Assembly: GCA_964016885.1 (NCBI GenBank)
Contig: OZ024746.1
Span: 50,096,001 to 50,160,000 of the forward strand
Direction of reading: 5' to 3'
From: Eledone cirrhosa
Lineage: Eukaryota
Length of the DNA stretch: 64,000 nucleotides
Position numbers and translations under genes: made by a program. Numbering within the stretch: position 1 is the stretch's first letter; each line of letters begins with the position of its first letter. The notes under the pieces are model-generated. The model was not told the origin of the DNA. It saw only the letters and a list, made by a program, of their open reading frames with translations, and searched no databases. This document shows, in pieces, positions 53,250 through 64,000 of the stretch.

Positions 53250-54470
53250 TGCAGTTAAATCATTATATGTGTTTACATAGTGGTATCAGTTTTAGGAAAT
53301 GGTATTTGTAAGAAGGAAGGCTAAATTATGTATTTTAATATAAGTAGAATATTAATTATAGGTTAACTAAAATAAAAATAGTTAATATATTAATTTCTAA
53401 GGTGTATACTAATTAGGTTTATAATATTTAAAGCGGAATTTTGAAGTTAAACAGTAGTAGAGTATTAATTATAGCACAACTAAATTAAAAATAATTACAA
53501 ATATTTACATGATGGTATCAATTTTAGGAAATGAATTTTGTAAGAGGGAAAAATTATGTATTTTAATATAAGTAGAATATTAATTATAGGTTAACTAAAA
53601 TAAAAATAGTTAATATATTAATTTCTAAGGTGTATACTAATTAGGTTTATAATATTTAAAGCGGAATTTTGAAGTTAAACAGTAGTAGAGTATTAATTAT
53701 AGCATAACTAAATTAAAAATAATTACATATATTTACATGATGGTATCAATTTTAGGAAATGAAATTTTGTAAGAGGGAAAGCCAAATTAAGTATTTCATC
53801 GGTAGTAGATTATTAATTATAGGTTAACTAAATTAAAAATTATATATTAATTTCTATAGTATATGTTAATTAGGTTTATAATAATTAAAGCAAAATTTTG
53901 TATTTTATCTATAGTAGAATTTTAATTATAGGTTAACTAAATTAAAATTAATCTATATATTAATTTGTAAAGTGTATATTAATTAGGTATATATTTAAAA
54001 GTTTTTCGCAGTTTATGATTACACGATATTTTGCATTTCATCTGTATTAGAATTTTAATTATAAGCTAACTAAATTAAAATTATAGGTTAACTAAATTAA
54101 AATTAATTTATATATTAATTTCTAAATTGTATATTAATTAGGTTTATAATATTAAAAAGTATTTCTCCGTTTTTAATTACACGATATTTTGTTGTATTTC
54201 ATCTGTAAAAGAATTTTAATAATAGGTTAAATAAACTAAAATTAATCTATATATTAATTTCCAAAGTATATATTAATTAGGTTAATAATATTTAAATGTT
54301 TTTCACAGTTTATGATTATACCATATTTTTTAATTTCATCTGTAGTAGAATTTTAATTAAATTATAGGTTAACTACATTAAAATTAATTTATATATTAAT
54401 TTCTAAAATATATATTATTAATTAGGTTTATAATATTTAAATGTTTTTCTCAGTTTATGATTACACGATA
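53250..54470. repeat. AT-rich diverged tandem repeats in the PLE 3' UTR
   Basis: TTAATTATAGGTTAACTAAA and TTAATTAGGTTTATAATATTTAAA recur; a ~240-bp near-exact duplication lies at 53325-53770. Confidence 0.8.
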
Positions 54471-55056
54471 TTATTAATTCCTGTCGCTTATTTAATAGGA
54501 TATCCTTAGATTTCATTATTTCAAATAGTTCTTGGGAACACAATCTACATTCATTTCTATTATTTTGATAAGGGGTGGCTCTTTTGAGCACACTCCAGGT
54601 CATATCATATTCTATATTCTTATTTCTATAACTATTAATTTTTTCTGCTAGAGATGTTGTATTAGCCAGTGCGGCATTTTTAAAACTATGTTTGTGGGTA
54701 TTAAACCTTACCTTAAAATTGTTAGAGGTAGCTCCTATATATGAGCAAATAGAATCCTTAGTTTTAACTTTACATTTATATACTATGTTGTTAACAAGAC
54801 AATTTCCTTTTAATGGGCAGTTTGCCTTGTTTCTACAGTTACAACCTTTCGTTAATTCTGTATTTGAGGAGATATTATGGCTAGTTTGATGTACTGGTGG
54901 TATACTTATGGTTTTTTTACATTTATAAGCATTATAGGCACTTATATTTTGTTTTATGTTTTTGGTTGTTGAGTATGAGAATTTAACTGTTGATCTATTT
55001 AAGATTTGATGGTATTTGTTGTTTGGCGGTAAGTTTTTCTCTAGGACATTAAAAAA
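54418..55056 (-). pseudogene. PLE GIY-YIG endonuclease fragment (213 codons, open)
   Basis: FFNVLEKNLPPNNKYHQILNRSTVKFSYSTTKN...CNCRNKANCPLKGNCLVNNIVYKC...YIGATSNNFKVRF...CRLCSQE...LLNKRQE. Confidence 0.9.
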
Positions 55057-58000
55057 GTCCGTTTCTATTTGGGTGCCCGTTTTTTATTGGGTGGGCGTCC
55101 GTATTTTATTTGGGAGCCCGTTTTTTATGGGAGGGGTCCGTTTTTTATTCCGGCGCCCGTTTTTTCTGGGGGGGGTCCGTTTTTTATGGGGGGTGGTCCG
55201 TTTTTTGTTTAGGTGCCCTCTTTTTATGGGTGGTATCCGTTTTTTATATGGGTGCCTCTTTTTAGGGGAAAGGTCCGTTTATGATTTGGGTGCTATTTTT
55301 TTTTATTGGGGGGTCCGTTTTTATTTGGGTGCCCGTTTTATGGGGTGGAGCCGTTTTCTTATTTGGGTGCCCATTTTTTATGGGGTGGATCCGTTTTTTA
55401 TTTGGGTGCCCGTTTTTTATTGGGGGTTCCGTTTTTCATATGGGTGCCCGTTTTTTATTTGTGTGCCTGTATTTCATGGGAGTGGCGCCGTTTTTTATTT
55501 GGGTACCCGTTTATTAGGGGGGGGATATTGGTCCGTTTTTTATTTGGGTGCCGGTTTTTTATGGAGGGGTCCGTTTTTTATTTGGGTGTCTGTTTTTTAT
55601 GGGGCGAGTCCGTTTCTATTTGGGTGCCCGTTTTTTATTGGGGGTTCCGTTTTTCATATGGGTGTCCGTTTTTTATTTGTGTGCCCGTATTTCATGGGAG
55701 TGGCGCCGTTTTTTATTTGGGTGCCCGTTTATTAGGGGGGGATATTGGTCCGTTTTTTATTTGGGTGCCGGTTTTTTTATGGAGGGGTCCGTTTTTATTT
55801 GGGTGCCTGTTTTTTATGGGGCGAGTCCGTTTCTATTTGGGTGCCCGTTTTTTATTCGGTGGGGGTCGGTATTTTATTTGGGAACCCGTTTTTTATGGGA
55901 GGGGTCCGTTTTTTATTCCGGCGCCCGCTTTTTTCTGTGGTGGGTCCGTTTTTTATTTCGGCGCCCGTTTTTTATGAGGGGGTCCGTTTTTTATTTGGGT
56001 GCCCGTTTTTTATGGGGGAGGTCCGTTTTTTATGAGAGGGTGGTCCGTTTTTTATTTTGGTGCCCTCTTTTTATGGGTGGTATCCGTTTTTTATATGGGT
56101 GCCCGTTTTTTAGGGGGAAGGTCCGTTTATTATTTGGGTGCCTATTTTTTTTATCATTGGGGGGTCCGTTTTTATTTGGGTGCCCGTTTTATGGGGTAAA
56201 GCCGTTTTCTTATTTGGGTGCCCGTTTTTTATGGGGTGGATCCGTTTTTTTATTTGGGTGCCCGTTTTTTATTGGGGGTTCCGTTTTTCATATGGGTGCC
56301 CGGTTTTTATTTGTGTGCCCGTATTTCATGGGAGTGGCGCCGTTTTTTATTTGGGTGCCCGTTTATTATGGGGCGAGTCCGTTTCTATTTGGGTGCCCGT
56401 TTTTTATTGGGTGGTGGGGGTCCGTTTTTTATTTGGGTATCCGTTTTTTATGGCGGAGGTCTGTTTTTTATGGGTAGTGGTCCTTTTTTTATTTGGGTGG
56501 CCCGTTTTCTTATTTGGGTGCCCGTTTTTTATATGGGTGCCCGTTTTTTAGGGTAGAGGTCCGTTCATTATTTGGGTGCCCATTTTTTATGGGGTGTCCG
56601 TTTTTTATTTGGGTGCCCGTTTTTTAGGGGGCGATTCCTTTTTTATTTGGGTGTCCATATTTTACGGTGGCGGGGGTCCGTTTTTTATTTGGATGCCCGT
56701 TTTTCATGGGGGTGTCCGTTTTTTATGGGGGTGTCCGTTTTTCATTTGGTTGCACGTTTTTTAGGGGGAAGGTCCGTTTATTATTTGGGTGCCTATTTTC
56801 TTTTTATTGGGGGGGTCCGTTTTTTATTTGGGTGCCCGTTTTATGGGGTGGAGCCGATTTCTTATGTGGGAGCACGTTTTTTATGGGGTGGATCCGTTTT
56901 TTATTTGGGTACCCGTTTTTTATTGGGGGTTCCGTTTTTCATATGGGTGCCCGTTTTTTATTTGTGTGCCCGTATTTCATGGGAGTGGGGCCGTTTTTTA
57001 TTTGGGTGCCAGTTTATTAGGTGGGGATACTGGTCCGTTTTTTATTTGGGTGCCTGTTTTTTATGGGGCGAGTCCGTTTCTATTTGGGTGCCCGTCTTTT
57101 ATTGGGTGGGGGTCCGTATTTTATTTGGGAGCCCGTTTTTTATGGGAGGGGGGTCCGTTTTTATTTGGGCGCCCGTTTTTTATGAGGTGGTCCGTTTTTT
57201 ATTTGGGTGCCCGTTTTTTATGGGTGAGGCCCGTTTTTTATGGGGGGTGGTCCGTTTTTTATTTGGGTGCCCGTTTTTTATGAGGGGGTCCGTTTTTTAT
57301 TTGGGTGCCCGTTTTTTATGGGGGAGGTCCGTTTTTTATGAGAGGGTGGTCCGTTTTTTATTTTGGTGCCCTCTTTTTATGGGTGGTATCCGTTTTTTAT
57401 ATGGGTGCCCGTTTTTTAGGGGGAAGGTCCGTTTATTATTTGGGTGCCTATTTTTTTTATTGGGGCGGTCCGTTTTTATTTGGATGCCCGTTTTATGGGG
57501 TAGAGCCGTCTTCTTATTTGGGTGCCCGTTTTTTATGGGGTGGATCCGTTTTTTATTTGGGTGCCCGTTTTTTATTGGGGGTTCCGTTTTTCATATGGGT
57601 GCCCGGTTTTTATTTGTGTGCCCGTATTTCATGGGAGTGGCGCCGTTTTTTATTTGGGTGCCCGTTTATTATGGGGCGAGTCCGTTTCTAATTGCGTGCC
57701 CGTTTTTTATTGGGTGGTGGGGGTCCGTTTTTTATTTGGGTGCCCGTTTTTTATGGCGAAGGTCTGTTTTTTATGGGGAGTGGTCCTTTTTTTATTTGGG
57801 TGGCCCGTTTTCTTATTTGGGTGCCCGTTTTTTTATATGGGTGCCCTTTTTTAGGGTAGAGGTCCGTTCATTATTTGGGTGCCCATTTTTTATGGGGGGT
57901 CCGTTTTTTATTTGGGTGCCCGTTTTTTAGGGGGCGATTCCTTTTTTATTTGGGTGTTCATATTTAACGGTGGCGGGGGTCCGTTTTTTATTTGCATGCC

Positions 58001-61000
58001 CGTTTTTCATGGGGGTGTCCGTTTTTTATGGGGTTGTCCGTTTTTTATTTGCGTGCACGTTTTATAGGGGGAAGGTCCGTTTATTATTTGGGTGCCTATT
58101 TTTTTTTTATTGGGGGGGTCCGTTTTTTATTTGGGTGCCCGTTTTATGGGGTGGAGCCGATTTCTTATTTGGGAGCACGTTTTTTATGGGGTGGATTTTT
58201 TTTTTATTTGGGTACCCGTTTTTTATTGGGGGTTCCGTTTTTCATATGGGTGCCCGTTTTTTATTTGTGTGCCCGTATTTCATGGTAGTGGGGCCGTTTT
58301 TTATTTGGGTGCCCGTTTATTAGGTGGGGATACTGGTCCGTTTTTTATTTGGGTGCGTTTTTTATGGGGCGAGTCCGTTTCTATTTGGGTGCCCGTTTTT
58401 TATTGGGTGGGGGTCCGTATTTTATTTGGGAGCCCGTTTTTTATGGGAGGGGGTCCGTTTTTTATTTGGGTGCCCGTTTTTTATGAGGTGGTCCGTTTTT
58501 TATTTGGTTGCCCGTTTTTTATGGGTGAGGTCCGTTTTTTATGGGGGGTGGTCCGTTTCTATTTGGGATGTTCGTTTTCTATGGGGGGTCCGTTTTTTAT
58601 TTGGGTGCCCGTTTTATATGTTTGGGGTCCGTTTTTTATTTGGATGTCCGTTTTTTATGGAGGAGGTGGTCCGTTTTTTATTTGGGGGTGAGGGTCCGTT
58701 TTTTATTTGGGTGCCCGTTTATTATGGAGCGAGTCCGTTTCTATTTGTGTGGCAGTTTTTTATTGGGTGGGGGGTCCGTTTTTTATTGGGTGCCCGTTTT
58801 TTATGGCGGAGGTCCGTTTTTTATCGTGCTGGTCCGTTTTTTATTTGGGTGCCGGTTTTTTATGGAGCGGTCCGTTTTTTATTTGGGTGTCTGTTTTTTA
58901 TGGGGCGAGTCCGTTTCTATTTGGGTGCCCGTTTTTTATTGGGGGTTCCGTTTTTCATATGGGTGTCCGTTTTTTATTTGTGTGCCCGTATTTCATGGGA
59001 GTGGCGCCGTTTTTTATTTGGGTGCCCGTTTATTAGGGGGGATATTGGTCCGTTTTTTATTTGGGTGCCGGTTTTTTATGGAGGGGTCCGTTTTTTATTT
59101 GGATGCCTGTTTTTCATGGGGCGAGTCCGTTTCTATTTGGGTGCCCGTTTTTTATTCGGTGGTGGTCTGTATTTTATTTGGGAGCCCGTTTTTTATGGGA
59201 GGGGTCCGTTTTTTATGGGTAGTGGTCCTTTTTTTATTTGGGTGGCCCGTTTTCTTATTTGGGTGCCCGTTTTTTAGGGTAGAGGTCCGTTCATTATTTG
59301 GGTGCCCATTTTTATGGGGTGTCCGTTTTTTATTTGGGTGCCCGTTTTTTAGGGGGCGATTCCTTTTTTATTTGGGTGTCCATATTTTACGGTGGCGGGG
59401 GTCCGTTTTTTATTTGGATGCCCGTTTTTCATGGGGGTGTCCGTTTTTTATGGGGGTGTCCGTTTTTCATTTGGTTGCACGTTTTTTAGGGGGAAGGTCC
59501 GTTTATTATGTGGGTGCCTATTTTCTTTTTATTGGGGGGGTCCGTTTTTTATTTGGGTGCCCGTTTTATGGGGTGGAGCCGATTTCTTATGTGGGAGCAC
59601 GTTTTTTATGGGGTGGATCCGTTTTTTATTTGGGTACCCGTTTTTTATTGGGGGTTCCGTTTTTCATATGGGTGCCCGTTTTTTATTTGTGTGCCCGTAT
59701 TTCATGGGAGTGGGGCCGTTTTTTATTTGGGTGCCAGTTTATTAGGTGGGGATACTGGTCCGTTTTTTATTTGGGTGCCTGTTTTTTATGGGGCGAGTCC
59801 GTTTCTATTTGGGTGCCCGTCTTTTATTGGGTGGGGGTCCGTATTTTATTTGGGAGCCCGTTTTTTATGGGAGGGGGGGTCCGTTTTTATTTGGGCGCCC
59901 GTTTTTTATGAGGTGGTCCGTTTTTTATTTGGGTGCCCGTTTTTTATGGGTGAGGTCCGTTTTTTATGGGGGGTGGTCCGTTTTTTATTTGGGTGCCCGT
60001 TTTTTATGAGGGGGTCCGTTTTTCATATGGGTGCCCGGTTTTTATTTGTGTGCCCGTATTTCATGGGAGTGGCGCCGTTTTTTATTTGGGTGCCCGTTTA
60101 TTATGGGGCGAGTCCGTTTCTAATTGGGTGCCCGTTTTTTATTGGGTGGTGGGGGTCCGTTTTTTATTTGGGTGCCCGTTTTTTATGGCGAAGGTCTGTT
60201 TTTTATGGGGAGTGGTCCTTTTTTTATTTGGGTGGCCCGTTTTCTTATTTGGGTGCCCGTTTTTTTATATGGGTGCCCGTTTTTTAGGGTAGAGGTCCGT
60301 TCATTATTTGGGTGCCCATTTTTTATGGGGGGTCCGTTTTTTATTTGGGTGCCCGCTTTTTAGGGGGCGATTCCTTTTTTATTTGGGTGTTCATATTTTA
60401 CGGTGGCGGGGGTCCGTTTTTTATTTGGATGCCCGTTTTTCATGGGGGTGTCCGTTTTTTATGGGGTTGTCCGTTTTTTATTTGCGTGCACGTTTTATAG
60501 GGGGAAGGTCCGTTTATTATTTGGGTGCCTATTTTTTTTTTATTGGGGGGGTCCGTTTTTTATTTGGGTGCCCGTTTTATGGGGTGGAGCCGATTTCTTA
60601 TTTGGGAGCACGTTTTTTATGGGGTGGATGCTTTTTTTATTTGGGTACCCGTTTTTTATTGGGGGTTCCGTTTTTCATATGGGTGCCCGTTTTTTATTTG
60701 TGTGCCCGTATTTCATGGGAGTGGGGCCGTTTTTTATTTGGGTGCCCGTTTATTAGGTGGGGATACTGGTCCGTTTTTTATTTGGGTGCGTTTTTTATGG
60801 GGCGAGTCCGTTTCTATTTGGGTGCCCGTTTTTTATTGGGTGGGGGTCCGTATTTTATTTGGGAGCCCGTTTTTTATGGGAGGGGGTCCGTTTTTTATTT
60901 GGGTGCCCGTTTTTTATGAGGTGGTCCGTTTTTTATTTGGTTGCCCGTTTTTTATGGGTGAGGTCCGTTTTTTATGGGGGGTGGTCCGTTTCTATTTGGG

Positions 61001-63346
61001 ATGTTCGTTTTCTATGGGGGGTCCGTTTTTTATTTGGGTGTCCGTTTTATATGGGGGGATCCGTTTTTTATTTGGTTGTCCGTTTTTTATGTTTGGGGTC
61101 CGTTTTTTATTTGGATGTCCGTTTTTTATGGAGGAGGTGGTCCGTTTTTTATTTGGGGGTGAGGGTCCGTTTTTTATTTGGGTGCCCGTTTATTATGGAG
61201 CGAGTCCGTTTCTATTTGTGTGGCAGTTTTTTATTGGGTGGGGGATCCGTTTTTTATTGGGTGCCCGTTTTTTATGGCGGAGGTCCGTTTTTTATCGTGC
61301 TGGTCCGTTTTTTATTTGGGTGCCGGTTTTTTATGGAGCGGTCCGTTTTTTATTTGGGTGTCTGTTTTTTATGGGGCGAGTCCGTTTCTATTTGGGTGCC
61401 CGTTTTTTATTGGGGGTTCCGTTTTTCATATGGGTGTCCGTTTTTTATTTGTGTGCCCGTATTTCATGGGAGTGGCGCCGTTTTTTATTTGGGTGCCCGT
61501 TTATTAGGGGGGGATATTGGTCCGTTTTTTATTTGGGTGCCGGTTTTTTATGGAGGGGTCCGTTTTTTATTTGGATGCCTGTTTTTCATGGGGCAAGTCC
61601 GTTTCTATTTGGGTGCCCGTTTTTTATTCGGTGGTGGTCTGTATTTTATTTGGGAGCCCGTTTTTTATGGGAGGGGTCCGTTTTTTATTCCGGCGCCCGC
61701 ATTTTTCTGTGGGGGGTCCGTTTTTTATTTGGGCGCCCGTTTTTTATGAGGGGGGCCGTTTTTTATTTGGGTGCCGGTTTTTTATGGGGGAGGTCCGTTT
61801 TTTATGAGAGGGTGGTCCGTTTTTTATTTTGGTGCCCTCTTTTTATGGGTGGTATCCGTTTTTTATATGGGTGCCCGTTTTTTAGGGGGAAGGTCCGTTT
61901 ATTATTTGGGTGCCTATTTTTTTTTATTGGGGGGTCCGTTTTTATTTGGGTGCCCGTTTTATGGGGTAAAGCCGTTTTCTTATTTGGGTGCCCGTTTTTT
62001 ATGGGGTGGATCCGTTTTTTATTTGGGTGCCCGTTTTTTATTGGGGGTTCCGTTTTTTATTGGGGGTTCCGTTTTTCATATGGGTGCCCGGTTTTTATTT
62101 GTGTGCCCGTATTTCGTGGGAGTGGCGCCGTTTTTATTTGGGTACCCGTTTATTATGGGGCGAGTCCGTTTCTATTTGGGTGCCCGTTTTTTATTGGGTG
62201 GTGGGGGTCCGTTTTTTATTTGGGTGCCCGTTTTTTATGGCGAAGGTCTGTTTTTATGGGGAGTGGTCCTTTTTTTATTTGGGTGGCCCGTTTTCTTATT
62301 TGGGTGCCCGTTTTTTATATGGGTGCCCGTTTTTTAGGGTAGAGGTCCGTTCATTATTTGGGTGCCCATTTTTTATGGGGGGTCCGTTTTTTATTTCGGT
62401 GCCCGTTTTTTAGGGGGCGATTCCTTTTTTATTTGGGTGTCCATATTTTACGGTGGTGGGGGTCCGTTTTTTATTTGGATGCCCGTTTTTCATGGGGGTG
62501 TCCGTTTTTCATGGGGGTGTCCGTTTTTTATTTGGGTTCACGTTTTTTAGGGGGAAGGTCCCTTTATTATTTGGGTGCCTATTTTTTTTTTATTGGGGGT
62601 CCGTTTTTTATTTGGGTGCCCGTTTTATGGGGTGGAGCCGATTTCTTATTTGGGAGCACGTTTTTTATGGGGTGGATCCGTTTTTTATTTGGGTACCCGT
62701 TTTTTATTGGGGGTTCCGTTTTTCATATGGGTGCCTTTTTTTATTTGTGTGCCCGTATTTCATGGGAGTGGGGCCGTTTTTTATTTGGGTGCCCGTTTAT
62801 TAGGTGGGGATACTGGTCCGTTTTTTATTTGGGTGCCTGTTTTTTATGGGGCGTGTCCGTTTCTATTTGGGTGCCCGTTTTTTATTGGGTGGGGGTCCGT
62901 ATTTTATTTGGGAGCCCGTTTTTTATGGGAGGGGGGTCCGTTTTTTATGAGGTGGTCTGTTTTTTATTTGGGTGCCCGTTTTTTATGGGTGAGGTCCGTT
63001 TTTTATGGGGGGTGGTCCGTTTTTTATTTGGGATGTTCGTTTTCTATGGGGTGTCCGTTTTTTATTTGGGTGCCCGTTTTATATGGGGGGATCCGTTTTT
63101 TATTTGGTTGTCCGTTTTTTATGGTGGGGGTCCGTTTTTTATTTGGATGTCCGTTTTTTATGGAGGAGGTGGTCCGTTTTTTATTTGTGGGTGAGGGTCC
63201 GTTTTTTATTTGTATGCCCGTTTTTATGGGGGGTCAGTTTTTTATTTGGGTGCCCGTTTATTATGGAGCGAGTCCGTTTCTATTTGTGTGCCAGTTTTTT
63301 AGGGGGGGGGATGTTGGTCCGTTTTTTATTTGTGTGCCCATTTTTT
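55057..63346. repeat. 8.3-kb satellite of ~18-20-bp units with higher-order structure
   Basis: Alternating CCGTTTTTTATTTGGGTGC and CCGTTTTTTATGGGG..GT units. The marker GGGTAGAGGTCCGTTCATT occurs at 56551, 57854, 59277, 60287 and 62337. Confidence 0.95.
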
Positions 63347-63366
63347 ATATATATATATATATATAT

Positions 63367-63477
63367 AGGAAAAGACTCATGACCCCGCCGGCTAAGCTCC
63401 GGCCGTCTCGACAGCTAGGTCTGAACTAGCTGTTGAAGCGGCCGGAGCTCAGCCGTCGGGGTCCTGACTCTTTTCCT
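63367..63477. other. GC-rich 52-bp imperfect hairpin inside a ~175-bp insert in (TA)n
   Basis: Arms 63367-63418 and 63426-63477 with a 7-nt loop and about 7 mismatches or wobbles. Confidence 0.8.
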
Positions 63478-63555
63478 TGTAGCCACTCTGCTTTCTTGGT
63501 GCATTATGGTCCACCTGGTTACTTACCACACTTCCTTCGTTATATATATATATGT

Positions 63556-63595
<40 letters not shown>

Positions 63596-63969
63596 GAAAG
63601 GTATAGAAAACACTGCAGCGAAAAGCCAACAGCACTCCATAATATATATATAAGTGACTATAGCGTCAAAATGGGAAAAATAGTTAACGTAAGATGTGGG
63701 AAAAATAATTCAAACTCATCTCAAAGAGAATGAGGATACAAATTCGTCCACAGAATTTAGTGAAATCCAGGGAAAAATCAATAGAGCCTTAACTCATGAT
63801 AAAATAAAGTTTAAAATACTGATCCTTCAATTTGGAAAAACTTCAAATGATCTGTATAGTTTTAAAGACTATTTCATGAAAACTTTCAGTGGAGATGGTC
63901 ACGGTTGGAATTCAATCCTCAGCAGAGCTCAACTCGATGACCAGGATTGTATACATATATATGTATACA

Positions 63970-64000
<31 letters not shown>

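Larger units (their letters stand above)
51641..55056 (-). mobile_element. Naiad-like PLE, 5'-truncated
   Basis: GIY-YIG frame at 54418-55056, a long repeat-rich 3' UTR, a putative terminal HHR at 51837-51977 and a 3' end at (TA)n. Continuity across the microsatellites is inferred. Confidence 0.65.

Noticed and set aside
55057-63346. CRISPR-like repeat/spacer appearance
   Set aside because: The 'spacers' are short variants of the same monomer and recur; eukaryotic context with no cas genes.
55016-63429. Many long F/G/V-rich ORFs (up to 605 aa)
   Set aside because: Artefact of the G/T-skewed satellite, which lacks stop codons; open in all three plus frames.

Overview
AT-rich, repeat-saturated eukaryotic DNA with no convincing host gene. 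The SINE families and (TA)n/(CA)n/(TATG)n landscape suggest an Octopus-like cephalopod genome; this is an inference from recalled repeat sequences. The window holds a decayed Tx1/L1-clade LINE joined tail-to-tail with a near full-length R4/Dong-type RLE retrotransposon at a shared (TAA)n tract, many tRNA-derived SINEs, two MITEs and an 8.3-kb G/T-skewed satellite. It also holds a dense cluster of Penelope-like elements (PLE; RT + GIY-YIG; four Naiad-like insertions and one Neptune-like) whose 3' ends abut (TA)n. By eye I find six distinct hammerhead-ribozyme (HHR) families in 12 copies. The most notable structures are: (i) a non-coding 483-bp HHR-bearing tandem unit flanked by (TA)n (retrozyme/circRNA-like); (ii) a 7.3-kb near-perfect palindrome made of two 5'-truncated PLE copies around a 3-nt loop; (iii) a 44-bp loop-less palindrome formed exactly on the RT GGLYRDD codons of another PLE. 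Together these point to recurrent snap-back second-strand synthesis. All alignments and folds were read manually and none was computed.
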